Shown here in pieces: positions 1 through 11,505 of a DNA stretch of 64,000 nt. The position numbers and the translations under genes are program-made. The first letter of the stretch is position 1. Each line of letters begins with the position of its first letter. Source of the DNA: Puniceicoccaceae bacterium (GTDB taxonomy: Bacteria; Verrucomicrobiota; Verrucomicrobiia; Opitutales; JAFGAQ01); NCBI GenBank assembly GCA_028285755.1, contig JANQOQ010000008.1, positions 193,399 to 257,398 of the forward strand. The letters are read 5' to 3'. The notes beneath the pieces are model-generated. The model ran no database searches, was not told the DNA's origin, and saw only the letters and a list, made by a program, of their open reading frames with translations.

Positions 1-197
1 GTGTCGAGGCTTTTCAATGAGTGATACAGCCAGGATCGGGTTGCACCGCCGGCTGCCCATGCCCCTTCGGATTCTGGATCCCAGATGTATACAGGTAGAA
101 TCGGATTGCCGACCTTGATGGCTTCGCTGAGTGCGGGATTATCCGTCAGCCGTAAGTCCTGGCGAAACCATACGAGAGTAGTGTTTGTATCAGTCAT
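1..197 (-). CDS. Deoxyribodipyrimidine photolyase/cryptochrome family protein, first 65 codons only (gene runs off the window start)
   Basis: Own minus-strand translation from the ATG at 197 gives MTDTNTTLVWFRQDLRLTDNPALSEAIKVGNPILPVYIWDPESEGAWAAGGATRSWLYHSLKSLD. The LVWFRxDLRLxDNPAL ... W-L..SL pattern is the photolyase N-terminal alpha/beta domain signature. It is absent from the ORF track because it is truncated by the window edge. Confidence 0.6.
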   Translation of the reverse strand, partial: MTDTNTTLVWFRQDLRLTDNPALSEAIKVGNPILPVYIWDPESEGAWAAGGATRSWLYHSLKSLD

Positions 198-255
198 GGG
201 TTATCGAAAGTCTATCCAGATAGAACACATTATCTCCCCGGATACTTACAAAAAA

Positions 256-1101
256 CTAATATCCCATGATGTGGATACCCATCGATTTTGCTTTTTCGAT
301 GACGACCTCTTTGTTGAGCATGATGGTTTTGCCTGCGGCCAATACTGCGGTGTCGATTCCACCGTCTTTCATGGAGTTCAGGGTCGTTTCGCCAAAAACC
401 GGGACGTCGATGCGGTAGTCCTGTGCCGGTTTCACGGTCTTGACAAAAATTTTGCCCTTGGTCTGAAATTTGGAAGCGCGGCGTAGCATGGAGTCTGTAC
501 CATCAAACTCCTCGACGCAAAGCACAGTTCCGCGTTTCACCACGATACCCTGTCCAATATCAAGTCGGGCGATTTCCTCTGCATTGCGAATGCCATGTTC
601 CAGGGTTTCCGGGAGCATTTTGATCTTCGTGGGCTCGGGCGTCATCCAGCCTTTATCCGCGAGCTGATCGTCAATGAAGGCACGCGCATCCACAATTGTG
701 GTGCCAATGGCGTCCATCTCACGAATCAGGGCGCCGTAGATGGTCTCCGCGTTACGTTCCTTAAGGCTTTGCAGGATGCGGAAGGCCTTGAGGTCCGGAT
801 GCAATCCACGAAATAAGCGCCGGGGGCGGATTTGCCCGACCATGATCGCATATTTGCACTGCATTTCCTGCATGGATTTAAGAAGCTTACCGAGCTGCCC
901 GACCTTAATCATACGCCTGCGGTTTTTCTCAACTTTCTCCATGAGCTGTGGCGAAGTTTCCCCTTCAAAACCTGCGATGCACAATGGAAGACCCGCAGCC
1001 TGGATACGCTCAACCATGAGTTCCGGGTAATACCCTCTGCCCGCCAGCACTGCGAAGTTTGCAGTGGAATCAAAGTCGGCAGGCAGAAACTGAGTGGTCA
1101 T
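256..1101 (-). CDS. lpxI: UDP-2,3-diacylglucosamine pyrophosphatase LpxI (DUF1009 family)
   Basis: 281-aa ORF. The C-terminal half has RLDIGQGIVVKRGTVLCVEEFDGTDSMLRRA, matching the LDIGQ..VV..G.VLAVEA.EGTDAMLRR core of LpxI. Confidence 0.75.
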   Translation of the reverse strand: MTTQFLPADFDSTANFAVLAGRGYYPELMVERIQAAGLPLCIAGFEGETSPQLMEKVEKNRRRMIKVGQLGKLLKSMQEMQCKYAIMVGQIRPRRLFRGLHPDLKAFRILQSLKERNAETIYGALIREMDAIGTTIVDARAFIDDQLADKGWMTPEPTKIKMLPETLEHGIRNAEEIARLDIGQGIVVKRGTVLCVEEFDGTDSMLRRASKFQTKGKIFVKTVKPAQDYRIDVPVFGETTLNSMKDGGIDTAVLAAGKTIMLNKEVVIEKAKSMGIHIMGY

Positions 1102-1104
1102 AGA

Positions 1105-3858
1105 TTACTTAGCAGCGATATTGAGGATCTTACCGGGAACAAAGATGACTTTCACGATTGTTTTGCCCTCAAGTGCAGCCTGAACGCGCTCTTCCTGCAT
1201 GGCAGCAGCTTCCACTTCCTCTTTGCCGACGCCACCCGGGAATGTGCCTTCACCTCGCACTTTGCCATTTACCTGGAATACGATCTTATCGATCTTTTCG
1301 GTTTCCTTGATTTCAACCTTTTTAGGCCACGGTGCATAAGTGACTGAGGGTTCTTCGCCGAGTATCTTCCAAAGCTCCTCTGCCAAATGAGGTGCGAAGG
1401 GAGCAAGCATCTGTACAAAAGCCTTTGTAGTGGTGATGGAAACTTCGGGTGCCTTTTGCAGTGTATTTAGCAGGATCATGAGTTGAGAAATGGCCGTATT
1501 AAAACCAAGCGACTCGATGTCATCTGAGACCTTCTCAACGGTCTGGTTATAGACCTTCAATACCTCCTGCGAATCATTGGCTTTCTCGTTGATTTTGCTG
1601 TTCATTGTTCTTTCTTCATTCACAATGAAGCGCCAGACCTTTTTCAGAAAACGGTGCGGACCCTCAATGCCGTTGGCATTCCAGGGTTTCATATCCTCCA
1701 GCGGTCCCATAAACATCTCATACATGCGCAGAGAGTCCGCGCCATAGTTGTCGATGTAATCATCGGGATTCACGACGTTGCCCCGGCTCTTACTCATCTT
1801 ATAAGCACGCGCGTCGACCTGGATGGATTCATCCTCCTTGAGGCAGTAGACGTCTATCTTATCTTTACGGACTTTTACGACTTCATCTTCTTCCAGTGAT
1901 TTTGTTGTACCGTCCCATTCACCCAGGTCATTGATATCCGTCGTGGAAACCGGATTACCCGACTTATCCAGATAGAGCGTATATTCCAGCTCACCGAGAA
2001 TGATTCCCTGATGGAACAACTTCTTAAAGGGTTCATTAGTCGTGACGACTCCGATTTCATTCAGGAAAATGTGCCAGAAGCGTGCATAAAGCAGGTGTAG
2101 AACGGCATGCTCTGCTCCGCCGATATACATATCGGGAACGCCCCAGTATTTCTCCAGCTTCGGATCGATAAGCGCTTCCGCGTTTTTCGGATCGCAATAC
2201 CGCAAATAATACCAGCACGAGCCTGCCCATTGGGGCATGGTATTGGTCTCCCGGGTGCCAACATGCCATTGTTTACTTTCGGGTTTGGGATTAGATTGAG
2301 AAAGGGTTTCACCGGTTTCGACATTTACCCATACGTTCACCCACTCAGGAATATTCGCCAGTGGACTCTGCGCATCTCCGGAAGGTTTGTAATTATCGGT
2401 TTCAGGAAGCTCCAGCGGTAAGTCCCCAAAAATGATCGGTAATGCAAACAACTCTTCGCCTTCATCATTCACATACTTGATGGGAGTCTCGGGCAGTTGT
2501 TCTGAGAGCTTTCCTTTAGCATCGATGGAGGCTAGATAAGTGCTTTCGCTAACCCATGTAATGGGGAACGGCTCGCCCCAATAACGCTGCCGCGAGAATA
2601 ACCAGTCGCGTAGACGATAGTTAATGGTTTCCTTGCCTGCGGAGTTCTTCGCAAGTTTTTCGACGATGGCATTTTTACCGTCTTCGGTGGACATCCCGTC
2701 AAACTCGCCGGAGTTCATCATTTTACCCGGACCGGTATAGGGCAGTGATTCCCCTTCAGGGGATGAAATGACCTGGATGATAGGTATCTCAAATTTCTTC
2801 GCGAACTCGAAGTCCCGCGTATCGTGAGCCGGGACGGCCATGATCGCTCCGGTACCGTAACCCATCAGCACATAATCGGCTACCCAGATGGGGATTTCTT
2901 CTCCATTAACTGGATTGATCGCGTAGCTGCCGGTGAAGATACCGCTTTTGTCCTTAGCCAGATCGGTGCGATCCAGATCGCTTTTATTGGAAGCCGTTTT
3001 CACATAGGCTGCAATCGCCTCTTTTTGTTCGGATGTCGTGAGGGTATCTAACAGCTCGTGCTCAGGAGCGATAACCATATAGGTCGCACCGAAAAGGGTA
3101 TCCGGACGGGTGGTGAAAACTTTCAACTTATCATTGGAGCCCTTGATTTCAAAATCAATTTCCGCGCCCGTGGACTTACCGATCCAGTTGGTTTGCTGGG
3201 TTTTTGTAGAGTTTGGCCAGTCAACCTTATCGAGACCCTCAATCAATTTGTCCGCATAAGCGGTGATCCGCAGCACCCACTGGCGCAGGTTACGTTTCTC
3301 TACCGGAAAGCCGCCCACCTCGGATTTGCCGTCTATGACCTCTTCATTGGCGAGCACCGTACCCAATTGTGGACACCAGTTGACGGGGCGCTCATCCACG
3401 TAGGCGAGCCCGTGCTTAAAGAGCTGCAGGAATATCCACTGCGTCCATTTAAAGTAGTGGGGATCCGTAGTGTTGATCTCCCGATCCCAGTCGATAGCGA
3501 TCCCCAGGCGCTTAATTTGTGCTGTGAACTTTTCTATATTTTTGGCCGTTGTTTCTGCCGGATGGGTGCCGGTCTTGATGGCATATTGCTCTGCTGGTAG
3601 GCCAAACGCATCCCAACCCATCGGATGAAGCACATTAAATCCTTTTGCACGTTTGTAACGGTCAAGAATGTCCGATGCGGTATAATTTTCAGCGTGGCCG
3701 GCGTGAAGTCCCGCCCCGGATGGATAGGGAAACATATCCAGCATGTAATACTTGGGTTTATCACTCTGGTCCTCCGCTTTGTAGGTCTTGTGAGTATCCC
3801 AGTATTCCTGCCAGTAGGGCTCTATGGTTTTGAAATTATAGTCTGAACGCGTGGACAT
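1105..3858 (-). CDS. leuS: Leucyl-tRNA synthetase
   Basis: 932-aa ORF with the class I aaRS motifs [16 protein letters not shown] (HIGH-type) and YKMSKSRGN (KMSKS). The likely true start is Met16 ([20 protein letters not shown]) at 3858. Confidence 0.96.
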   Translation of the reverse strand: MSTRSDYNFKTIEPYWQEYWDTHKTYKAEDQSDKPKYYMLDMFPYPSGAGLHAGHAENYTASDILDRYKRAKGFNVLHPMGWDAFGLPAEQYAIKTGTHPAETTAKNIEKFTAQIKRLGIAIDWDREINTTDPHYFKWTQWIFLQLFKHGLAYVDERPVNWCPQLGTVLANEEVIDGKSEVGGFPVEKRNLRQWVLRITAYADKLIEGLDKVDWPNSTKTQQTNWIGKSTGAEIDFEIKGSNDKLKVFTTRPDTLFGATYMVIAPEHELLDTLTTSEQKEAIAAYVKTASNKSDLDRTDLAKDKSGIFTGSYAINPVNGEEIPIWVADYVLMGYGTGAIMAVPAHDTRDFEFAKKFEIPIIQVISSPEGESLPYTGPGKMMNSGEFDGMSTEDGKNAIVEKLAKNSAGKETINYRLRDWLFSRQRYWGEPFPITWVSESTYLASIDAKGKLSEQLPETPIKYVNDEGEELFALPIIFGDLPLELPETDNYKPSGDAQSPLANIPEWVNVWVNVETGETLSQSNPKPESKQWHVGTRETNTMPQWAGSCWYYLRYCDPKNAEALIDPKLEKYWGVPDMYIGGAEHAVLHLLYARFWHIFLNEIGVVTTNEPFKKLFHQGIILGELEYTLYLDKSGNPVSTTDINDLGEWDGTTKSLEEDEVVKVRKDKIDVYCLKEDESIQVDARAYKMSKSRGNVVNPDDYIDNYGADSLRMYEMFMGPLEDMKPWNANGIEGPHRFLKKVWRFIVNEERTMNSKINEKANDSQEVLKVYNQTVEKVSDDIESLGFNTAISQLMILLNTLQKAPEVSITTTKAFVQMLAPFAPHLAEELWKILGEEPSVTYAPWPKKVEIKETEKIDKIVFQVNGKVRGEGTFPGGVGKEEVEAAAMQEERVQAALEGKTIVKVIFVPGKILNIAAK

Positions 3859-3931
3859 TGTGCAAAAGGTTAGAGAATCTGCGAAAAAAGGGGGATTAAT
3901 CAATAATGCGCTAGGGGGGTCAAGGGCATTG

Positions 3932-5320
3932 TTAGGAGTGAACTGTATTTTTGTTTGCCAACAATTGCTTCAGGTAAATGAGTCCCTGCTCATAACTCTG
4001 GAATTCTCCATCCAGCTGCGCCTGAAAGACCTTATCGAGGATTTCTGAGAAATGCGACCCGGGTTTTAACCCAAGTTTGATTAGATCCCGCCCCTGAATT
4101 ATGGGTTTGGGGGCCTGATCCATAAGGTTGAGGCGTTCGATGCGTTCATTGAGCCAGTCAAACTCAGGGAACTCAGTAGGACCGTGCTCACCTCTACCTC
4201 GGCGATCCGCCATGCAAACCTGCATCAACAAATCTATTCGACCTGCGCGGTGCGCAAGTCTACGGATTGCGGCATCGCCTGCATTGTTGTTGTAGAGCGC
4301 CATGGGCTGCATGTGCTCTTTGACAAGTATGGGCACCCATTTATGCAGGTAGGTGTCCTGGGTCAGACGGTTTAAAAAATTAACAGCTATTGGAACTCCC
4401 GCAATATCATGCCCGGGTGAACGGATACGACCGTTATCATTGACGGTGGAAGTGTGAGGCTTACCCATGTCGTGGCAGAGTATTGCATAGGCGGCCACCA
4501 AGCTATCCTTACTCTCGTCTTTGCGATGGGCTGCGAATGCGTCCATAGCCAGCAAGGTATGGTTCCATACGTCGCCTTCCGGATGCCACTTGGGGTCTTG
4601 CTCGCAGTTGATGAGATTCTCGAGTTCGGGGAATTCTGAAATCCAGGCGACTTCTCTCAAGAAATTCAACGCTTTGCGGATGTGCGTGCCTTTAAGCAGC
4701 ATTTTATTCCATTCCTCAAAGATGCGCTCCCGCGAGATATTATCGGGTGACATGCTTTTGCATAGCTCGATGGTCGCAGCATCTGCATTCAGATCAAAAC
4801 GCGCTACGAACTGCATGGCACGATAAACCCTCAGAGGATCTTCAGAAAATTTGTCCGAGGTATGCCTTAGGATTTTTTGCTCCAGAGCTGCTTTTCCGCC
4901 ATAAGGATCAATGAGTTCATGATGGGCAAGATCCCAATACATGGAATTGATGGTGAAATCGCGACGCAGGGCAGCTTCTCTGATTTCTAAATCGGGCTTG
5001 AGTGAAATCTCAAAATCGGTGTGCTTGGGTCCTGTTTTTTCCTCCAGACGGGGTATTGAGATATCTGCTTCGATACCGCGTAGCTTAAATACTCCGAACG
5101 ATTTACCCACCTTATGGGTTAGGAATCGGGTTTTTAATGCATTTGCCAGTTCCTCTTCCCTTAGTCCAAATACTTCGATGTCCAGGTCACCCGGGTTGAG
5201 GCCCAAGAGCATATCTCGAACACACCCCCCAGCCAAATAAACTCTTCCTCCTTTAGACTTAATTACATCGCAGAGGTCCTCCAGCTTAGGGTGTTTGGAC
5301 TTGAGAAATTCAATGTTCAT
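3932..5320 (-). CDS. cca: CCA-adding tRNA nucleotidyltransferase / poly(A) polymerase family with HD domain
   Basis: 462-aa ORF. It has an N-terminal [18 protein letters not shown] nucleotidyltransferase motif, RRDFTINSM, and an HD motif (LCHDMGKP). Confidence 0.85.
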   Translation of the reverse strand: MNIEFLKSKHPKLEDLCDVIKSKGGRVYLAGGCVRDMLLGLNPGDLDIEVFGLREEELANALKTRFLTHKVGKSFGVFKLRGIEADISIPRLEEKTGPKHTDFEISLKPDLEIREAALRRDFTINSMYWDLAHHELIDPYGGKAALEQKILRHTSDKFSEDPLRVYRAMQFVARFDLNADAATIELCKSMSPDNISRERIFEEWNKMLLKGTHIRKALNFLREVAWISEFPELENLINCEQDPKWHPEGDVWNHTLLAMDAFAAHRKDESKDSLVAAYAILCHDMGKPHTSTVNDNGRIRSPGHDIAGVPIAVNFLNRLTQDTYLHKWVPILVKEHMQPMALYNNNAGDAAIRRLAHRAGRIDLLMQVCMADRRGRGEHGPTEFPEFDWLNERIERLNLMDQAPKPIIQGRDLIKLGLKPGSHFSEILDKVFQAQLDGEFQSYEQGLIYLKQLLANKNTVHS

Positions 5321-5356
5321 ACGCTAGTTCTACCGAAATAACGGTATGTGACGAAC

Positions 5357-5388
5357 GAAAAAAAAGAGAGGCTCCTTCGAGCCTCTCT
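5357..5388 (-). terminator. Rho-independent terminator downstream of the ppx-family gene
   Basis: The 10-bp stem AGAGAGGCTC/GAGCCTCTCT has a CTTC loop. On the minus strand it is followed by a run of 8-9 T (an A-run at 5357-5365 on plus). Confidence 0.7.
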
Positions 5389-5550
5389 ACATCTTTCTAG
5401 AATGTTATTCTAAGAAAGCTAACTACCCCAAAACTACTGAAAATGAAAAAACCATTACTACTGTAAAATTGTTTGTTCATATAGATAGACGGATGAGTAA
5501 GCTTCTTGTTCAAAAAAATTAGGAAGATTTCGGCTTTTTTTATATATTCT

Positions 5551-6468
5551 TTAAGAATTAAGCGCATGAAGCGCTAATCCATGGCGTAGGCCATATTCTG
5601 AGTGAACAACTATTTGCTGATCAAAGTATCTAGCTGCGGTTAGTATTAGGGTAAGTGCAGCAGGAATCACATCTGCCCGGTTTTCGGGTAAGGATTTCAC
5701 TTCGAGGCGTTCCTCAAAAGACCGCAAGCTGAGGGTCCTGGATATCGAGTCTAGCAGGTTTTTTGAAATTTGGTGTTCATTAATAAGTTCGCCCGGTAGT
5801 AACTCCTGAATGATTTTGCGGGCGATAGTCATTGAACCACCCGTAAATATGAGGGTGTTGGGGGTATTAGGCTTTATAGAATGCTCTGCAAACAGCTTCT
5901 CGATGTGTGCGCTGAGTTGTTCTATTTGAGATTCCGGGATGGGTAATTTTGGTTCAGGGATAAATTGTTCAGTGATACGCACTGCTCCCAGAGGTATACT
6001 TGTGGAATAGGTCAGCTCGTGATCTTGCACCCGATTGTATTCCAGGCTGCCTCCTCCCAGATCAAAGTGGTGAAAACTTGAATATTGCTGAATATTCGGG
6101 TCAAAGCGTAATCCATATGCGACGAATTGGGCCTCTTCTGTGCCTGAAAGGATACGTAGAGGGTAGCCGGTCACTTCTTCCAGAAGATTTGCAAATTCAA
6201 ATCCATTCCGGGCATCCCTTACAGCACTGGTGCCCACAATCGTAAGGGAGTCCACGTTATGTTCTTGAGCTGCCTCAATGAGCGTTTTTACGGCTTGGGT
6301 GGCTCGTTCAATACTCTCAGGCAGTAATACTGGCTTTTCCTGGCTGATGCCTTTGGAAATGCGGCTTTCTTCGATCTGCTTATGGATTTCCTTAAGTCCG
6401 TCTTTATAGGTAGCGACGAGCAATTTGATTGTATTGCTTCCCAAATCTATAATTCCGACTTTTTTCAC
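5551..6468 (-). CDS. Ppx/GppA-family phosphatase (exopolyphosphatase-like, short form)
   Basis: 305-aa ORF. The N-terminal VGIIDLGSNTIKLLV and the later FDLGGGSLE are the actin-like ATPase phosphate-binding motifs of the Ppx/GppA family. Confidence 0.85.
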   Translation of the reverse strand: MKKVGIIDLGSNTIKLLVATYKDGLKEIHKQIEESRISKGISQEKPVLLPESIERATQAVKTLIEAAQEHNVDSLTIVGTSAVRDARNGFEFANLLEEVTGYPLRILSGTEEAQFVAYGLRFDPNIQQYSSFHHFDLGGGSLEYNRVQDHELTYSTSIPLGAVRITEQFIPEPKLPIPESQIEQLSAHIEKLFAEHSIKPNTPNTLIFTGGSMTIARKIIQELLPGELINEHQISKNLLDSISRTLSLRSFEERLEVKSLPENRADVIPAALTLILTAARYFDQQIVVHSEYGLRHGLALHALNS

Positions 6469-6470
6469 TT

Positions 6471-7190
6471 TCAGAGACTAAATGCTTCGGGTGCTATACA
6501 GACTACAAATTCTCCCTTTTGGGAACGATCTTGAATATGTTTAACCGTTTCGTGCAAGGGTCCGGTAAAGGTATGTTCGTGCAGCTTCGTAAGCTCCTTG
6601 CTGACCGACACCACGCGCTCATCGCCTAGTACTTCCTGCAAATCGAGCAAACATTTTTCGATGCGATGCGGGGATTCATAAATGATGAGTGTGTACGGGA
6701 ATGATTGATACTCAGTAAAAGTTTTGATACGTGCCGATTTTTTGGGAGCCAAAAAGCCGAGGAACAGGAATCCATTGCTGGGAAGTCCGGATACCGCAAG
6801 CGCACAAATTAATGCACTGGGTCCGGGTATGGATAACACCGGGATTTTCTCAAGGTGACAAAGCCGGGTGAGCCGGAAACCCGGGTCACTAATGGTCGGT
6901 GTGCCTGCGTCGGAAACGAGGGCTATCGATTCCCCCGCCTTTAAAACGCCGATCAGGTGTTCGGCTTGTTGCTTTTCGTTTTCGTCCCGATAACTGATCA
7001 AGGGTTTCTCAATTTCGAGATGCTTGAGTAACTTGCCGGTAACACGGGTATCTTCGCACGCAACGCGATCGCATGTGCTTAGTATTTCGCTTACCCGAGG
7101 GCTTATATCGCCCAAATTACCGATTGGTGTGGCTACCAGATGAAGAGTTCCGGTAGCTCCAGATGATCTATGCTTCGCGTGAGTGGTCAA
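6471..7190 (-). CDS. rsmI: 16S rRNA (cytidine1402-2'-O)-methyltransferase
   Basis: 239-aa ORF. It has the tetrapyrrole-methylase-fold motif LHLVATPIGNLGDISPRV ... ACEDTRVTGKLL typical of RsmI. Confidence 0.9.
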   Translation of the reverse strand: MTTHAKHRSSGATGTLHLVATPIGNLGDISPRVSEILSTCDRVACEDTRVTGKLLKHLEIEKPLISYRDENEKQQAEHLIGVLKAGESIALVSDAGTPTISDPGFRLTRLCHLEKIPVLSIPGPSALICALAVSGLPSNGFLFLGFLAPKKSARIKTFTEYQSFPYTLIIYESPHRIEKCLLDLQEVLGDERVVSVSKELTKLHEHTFTGPLHETVKHIQDRSQKGEFVVCIAPEAFSL

Positions 7191-7204
7191 CCACGTGTAA
7201 GTGA

Positions 7205-7363
7205 TTAGAAGCCACGGCCCATGCCAGGAACCTGATTCTCCCAGTCGGCCGGTCGGCTCCAGGGAATTGAGGAATCATCCATATCCTTATTTAAGCAACC
7301 GGTAAGACCGAGAACAAAAGTCGTCAGAAGGAATAGAGCCAATACGCGCGCGAATATTTTCAT
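7205..7363 (-). CDS. Small putative lipoprotein (52 aa), below the ORF-track cutoff
   Basis: Own translation gives MKIFARVLALFLLTTFVLGLTGCLNKDMDDSSIPWSRPADWENQVPGMGRGF*. It has a basic n-region, a hydrophobic core and an L-T-G-C lipobox. It fills the 205-bp gap between rsmI and pgi. Confidence 0.5.
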   Translation of the reverse strand: MKIFARVLALFLLTTFVLGLTGCLNKDMDDSSIPWSRPADWENQVPGMGRGF

Positions 7364-7395
7364 GATGCATTACCTATTACCCATTTTTTGGATTT

Positions 7396-8973
7396 TTAAA
7401 AGCTAAAAGTCGTTTCTGAGGGGCTAGATCCATGGTTCACTTTGCATTGTTCGGGGTAATTGTAAGCGCGTGAGATTAAAATCTTGTAGATCATCTCTTC
7501 TTTACCCGCTTGCTCTATGCCCACCGCAATCTGTTCAGCGGTATGTGCATAGCCCGGATTTCCTGCGAGGTAGTCAAAAATCGTCTGCTTCAGCTCCAGG
7601 ATGCCTGCGGCTGCTTTTTTACCGGCTTCAACTCCAGGCTGGTGATACGCATTTACATTGACGAGGCTCGCATAGAAGCCAACCGCCCGTTCAAAGAGTG
7701 CAATGAGTGCACCGACATTGTGCGCATCCACTTTATCTACGGTGATCGTAACGGACTGACGATCTTTCTCATAAAGTGCATCCCGTGTGCCCAGATAAAA
7801 ACCCTGTAGGAAATCTCCGGAGGTAAATGCATCTTCCACAAGGATGGAATCGCCGCTACGTTCTTCAAGCACTTCGATAAAGACCACAAAGAAATTTAAA
7901 AGCCCTTCACGGAGTTGTTGCACGTAGGCGTGCTGGTCAGTGGAACCCTTATTTCCGTAAACCGCAATCCCTTGGTTCACAACTTTGCCATTGAGGTCGA
8001 GCTCTTTACCCAGCGATTCCATAACGAGCTGCTGCAGGTATTTGGAAAAGAGCTCGAGGCGATCCTTGTAGGGCAGCACAACCATGTCTTTACTGCCTTT
8101 ACCATCCGTCAGGAAATACCACATGAGCGCCAGGAGAGCAGCCGGGTTTTTGCTCACCTCCCACTGACGGGTGAGCGCGTCCATTTCAGCTGCACCGTGT
8201 AGCATGGCATCGATATCGAATCCCTGGAGTGCAGCCGGTAATAGACCGACAGCCGCGAGTTCGCTGGTACGACCTCCTACCCAGTCCCACATGGGCAATC
8301 GGGTAATCCAGCCGCCACTTTCTGCAAAGTGATCCAGCTTGCTGCTTTCGCCCGTGACGGCGACTGCATGCTGTGCAAAATTCAGCCCTTTGGCTTCATA
8401 GGCTGCTTTGGCTTCGAGCATACCGTTGCGGGTTTCCGGGGTGCCACCGGATTTTGAAATGACGACCGAAATGGTTTGGTTTAGCTCATCCCCGATTTCT
8501 TCAAGCGTACGATCGATTCCGTTAGGATCGGTATTATCAAAGAAGTAGGCCTGGAGTCCTTCTGCATTAGCTTCACTAAGTGCCTGGTCCACAAACTGGG
8601 GTCCTAATGCCGAGCCACCGATTCCGATGACCAGCACATTCTTAAATTTTCCTCCGGCTCCCTGGATTTCGCCTGACAATACTTTCGTTGCTAATGTTTT
8701 GATATCTGCGAGGCATTTTTCGATATCGTTCTTGAGCGCCTCATCGGGTGCTAAACCTGCATTGCGCAACCAATAATGCCCCACCATGCGGTTTTCGTCC
8801 GGGTTGGCAATAGCTCCGGCTTCCAGTGCTTCCATATCCTTGAATGCCTTTTCAATTTTGGCCTCCATTTCGGAAAGGAATGAATCCGGGAACTTAACCC
8901 GGCTGATGTCCAGGGTCATTGCGGGTGCTGTGAAGCGATAGAAACGATCGTTGAAGTTTTGCCAATTGCTCAT
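7396..8973 (-). CDS. pgi: Glucose-6-phosphate isomerase
   Basis: 525-aa ORF with PGI family motifs ([29 protein letters not shown]). Confidence 0.95.
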   Translation of the reverse strand: MSNWQNFNDRFYRFTAPAMTLDISRVKFPDSFLSEMEAKIEKAFKDMEALEAGAIANPDENRMVGHYWLRNAGLAPDEALKNDIEKCLADIKTLATKVLSGEIQGAGGKFKNVLVIGIGGSALGPQFVDQALSEANAEGLQAYFFDNTDPNGIDRTLEEIGDELNQTISVVISKSGGTPETRNGMLEAKAAYEAKGLNFAQHAVAVTGESSKLDHFAESGGWITRLPMWDWVGGRTSELAAVGLLPAALQGFDIDAMLHGAAEMDALTRQWEVSKNPAALLALMWYFLTDGKGSKDMVVLPYKDRLELFSKYLQQLVMESLGKELDLNGKVVNQGIAVYGNKGSTDQHAYVQQLREGLLNFFVVFIEVLEERSGDSILVEDAFTSGDFLQGFYLGTRDALYEKDRQSVTITVDKVDAHNVGALIALFERAVGFYASLVNVNAYHQPGVEAGKKAAAGILELKQTIFDYLAGNPGYAHTAEQIAVGIEQAGKEEMIYKILISRAYNYPEQCKVNHGSSPSETTFSF

Positions 8974-9013
8974 ATGCGGATAATAACGGTTAGGATTCTG
9001 AAATGATTCTATA

Positions 9014-10696
9014 TTAGAGGTTTTTGTCGGTTACTGCACCTTCGGAGGCACTGGTAACGAGTTTTGCATACTTCGCAAGCACACCCCGGGTTTCGCTGGC
9101 TCCGGGTTGAGTCCAGCCTGCCTTGCGGCGTTCAAGTTCAGCTTCATCGACGAGTAGGTCGATCGAGTTTTTGACGGCATCGATTTCGATGATATCTCCG
9201 TTCTGGATGAACGCGATGGGTCCTCCCAAAACGGCTTCCGGTGTGATATGGCCGACGTCAAACCCGTGGCTACCTCCGGAGAAACGGCCATCGGTGATGA
9301 GTGCGACTTCTTTGATCAGGCCGCGTCCTGCAACTGCCGAAGTCGGTGAAAGCATCTCGCGCATTCCCGGTCCCCCGACAGGACCCTCATTGCGGATGAC
9401 AACCACGTCGCCCGCGTTCACTTCACCTGCGAGAATACCCTTCAGCGCATCTTCCTCACCTTCGTAAACGACGGCAGTACCTTTGAAATAAAGTCCCTCT
9501 TTACCGGTGATCTTGCCCACCGCACAAGTTGGGGCAAGGCTCCCCTTGAGGATACGTAGATGGCTGGTCGATTTGATGGGTTTATCAAGAGGCATCACAA
9601 TATCCTGATCCAGCGGATACGGTTCCACATTTTCCAGATTCTCAGCGAGCGTTTTACCGCTTACGGTCATGCAGTCCCCGTGAAGCATCCCGGCATCGAG
9701 CAGGGTTTTCATGAGTGGTTGGATACCGCCGACCCGGATCATATGGGACATATTGTATTTCCCGAATGGCTTAACATCACAGACCATGGGGGTGATCTCT
9801 CCCAGTTTATAAAAATCTTCGATGGTTACATCGACTTCCGCTGCGTGGGCGATCGCCAGTAGGTGCAGCACGATATTCGTCGAGCCGCCGAGCGCAATAC
9901 CGGTGCGGATTGCGTTTTCGAAGGCTTTGCGGGTCATAATATCGCGGGGCTTAACGCCCTGCTCGATAAGTCTAAGTACGGCTTCACCCGCATTGATACA
10001 GTCCTGCTTTTTTTGTTCTCCTACTGCGAGCTGGGCGCTGCTGTTTGGCAGGCTCATGCCCATGGCTTCGATAACGCTCGCCATGGAATTCGCGGTATAC
10101 ATGCCACCACAGGAGCCGGGTCCGGGGATCGAGCGCTTCTCGATTTCCTTAAATTCGGCATCATCGATTTTGCCTTTGGCGTGTGCACCGACGGCTTCAA
10201 AAATACTTACGATGTCGAGCGCCTTATCCTTGTAAATACCCGGTAAGATCGTACCGCCATAAACAAATACCGAAGGGCGATTCAGGCGCGCGAGTGCGAT
10301 CATACAGCCCGGCATATTCTTATCGCAGCCGCCGATTGCGACTACTCCGTCAAATCCCTGAGCGCCTGTAACCGTCTCAATCGAGTCCGCAATGACCTCC
10401 CGTGAAACGAGGCTGTAGCGCATCCCTTTGGTGCCCATGGAGATGCCGTCTGTCACTGTAGGAACTCCGAAAGTGATGGGCTTTCCATCTGCGTTTACGA
10501 CCCCTTCTGCGGCTAATTGTGCAAGATCATTGATATGCACATTACAGGGCGTCTGGTTACTCCAGGTGTTGGCGATTCCCACCTGAGGCTTTTTAAAATC
10601 TTCGTCTTCAAAGCCGACCGCACGCAGCATTGAGCGGTTGGGTGCACGGTCATTTCCGTCGACTACAATTGAAGAATACTCTCTCGGATTAGACAT
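9014..10696 (-). CDS. ilvD: Dihydroxy-acid dehydratase
   Basis: 560-aa ORF with IlvD/Edd signatures GGCDKNMPG and [14 protein letters not shown]. Confidence 0.96.
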   Translation of the reverse strand: MSNPREYSSIVVDGNDRAPNRSMLRAVGFEDEDFKKPQVGIANTWSNQTPCNVHINDLAQLAAEGVVNADGKPITFGVPTVTDGISMGTKGMRYSLVSREVIADSIETVTGAQGFDGVVAIGGCDKNMPGCMIALARLNRPSVFVYGGTILPGIYKDKALDIVSIFEAVGAHAKGKIDDAEFKEIEKRSIPGPGSCGGMYTANSMASVIEAMGMSLPNSSAQLAVGEQKKQDCINAGEAVLRLIEQGVKPRDIMTRKAFENAIRTGIALGGSTNIVLHLLAIAHAAEVDVTIEDFYKLGEITPMVCDVKPFGKYNMSHMIRVGGIQPLMKTLLDAGMLHGDCMTVSGKTLAENLENVEPYPLDQDIVMPLDKPIKSTSHLRILKGSLAPTCAVGKITGKEGLYFKGTAVVYEGEEDALKGILAGEVNAGDVVVIRNEGPVGGPGMREMLSPTSAVAGRGLIKEVALITDGRFSGGSHGFDVGHITPEAVLGGPIAFIQNGDIIEIDAVKNSIDLLVDEAELERRKAGWTQPGASETRGVLAKYAKLVTSASEGAVTDKNL

Positions 10697-10790
10697 ACGG
10701 CAAATAAAAGAGACTTGAAATTAGGCTGGCAACTGTCAATTTCGAGGTTTTGGGGATCGCATGGTATATTTGCCGGCAATCCGGGTTGCT

Positions 10791-11501
10791 ATGGAGTTTG
10801 AAATTAAATCGTGGCTGAAGTCACTCTTGTTTTCCACATCGGAACCTCTGGATATCAAGAAAATCCAGTGGGTGTATAATCATGTACGCGAACAATACAG
10901 CAGCTCAGATGATTCTGAAGAAAACACCGAGAACCCAGAGCCTACAGCTGAAAGCACCAGCGGGTTGAATTTGAACAAATTTCCGGTGTTGCTCACTTCA
11001 ACTTCGATCCGCGAAGCAATGGCTACCCTGGAGAAAGACTTCGAAGAGCGGGGTGAGGTTTATCGCCTCTTGCATACCAAGGATGGCTACCGGCTTTGCG
11101 TTGCACCTGAGTATTCGGAATGGGTGCGCGCACTGCGAGGCGAACTTCGGCCGTTGAGATTGAGTCAAGCCGCGTTAGAGACCCTCGCAATTGTCGCTTA
11201 TCGTCAGCCCGTAACCCGTGCAGAGATGGAGCGTATCCGTGGAGTATCGGTGGATAGCGCACTGAGTAAGCTCATTGAGCTGGAGCTCGTGATTTCCCGG
11301 GGGCGTGCGGAGTTGCCGGGACGCCCTTTGCAGTATGGCACGACGGATAAATTTCTGGATTTTTGTGGCCTCGAGTCACTTACTGATTTGCCGACATCGG
11401 ATATCGTGACGACCGAGCAGTTGGACGAGTGGGTCAACCGACCCAATATGAATGATGAAGAAACCGGGCAGGAATCGCTCAACCTAAAAGTAGCAGAGTA
11501 A
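10791..11501 (+). CDS. scpB: Segregation and condensation protein B
   Basis: ScpB winged-helix motifs are present: ETLAIVAYRQPVTRAEMERIRGV ... GRPLQYGTTDKFLDFCGLESLTDLP. The start is set at the second Met (MEFEIKSW); the ORF-track start at 10761 is also possible. Confidence 0.85.
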   Translation: MEFEIKSWLKSLLFSTSEPLDIKKIQWVYNHVREQYSSSDDSEENTENPEPTAESTSGLNLNKFPVLLTSTSIREAMATLEKDFEERGEVYRLLHTKDGYRLCVAPEYSEWVRALRGELRPLRLSQAALETLAIVAYRQPVTRAEMERIRGVSVDSALSKLIELELVISRGRAELPGRPLQYGTTDKFLDFCGLESLTDLPTSDIVTTEQLDEWVNRPNMNDEETGQESLNLKVAE

Positions 11502-11505
11502 ATTT

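Noticed and set aside
85-1347. Plus-strand ORFs (85-486, 470-667, 595-816, 740-1030, 832-1347) overlapping lpxI and the leuS 3' end.
   Set aside because: They lie antisense or out of frame to well-supported genes with clear family motifs, and their own products are low-complexity with no motifs. The same reasoning applies to the many shadow ORFs inside leuS, pgi, ilvD, pheA (11479-11952), cysI (50439-51002), cysJ, sucC/sucD (57040-57600, 57995-58426), rny and others.
5397-5480. 27-codon minus-strand ORF (MNKQFYSSNGFFIFSSFGVVSFLRITF) between the ppx-family gene and its terminator.
   Set aside because: It has no Shine-Dalgarno, is very short, and has AT-rich composition. It cannot be supported without conservation or expression data.
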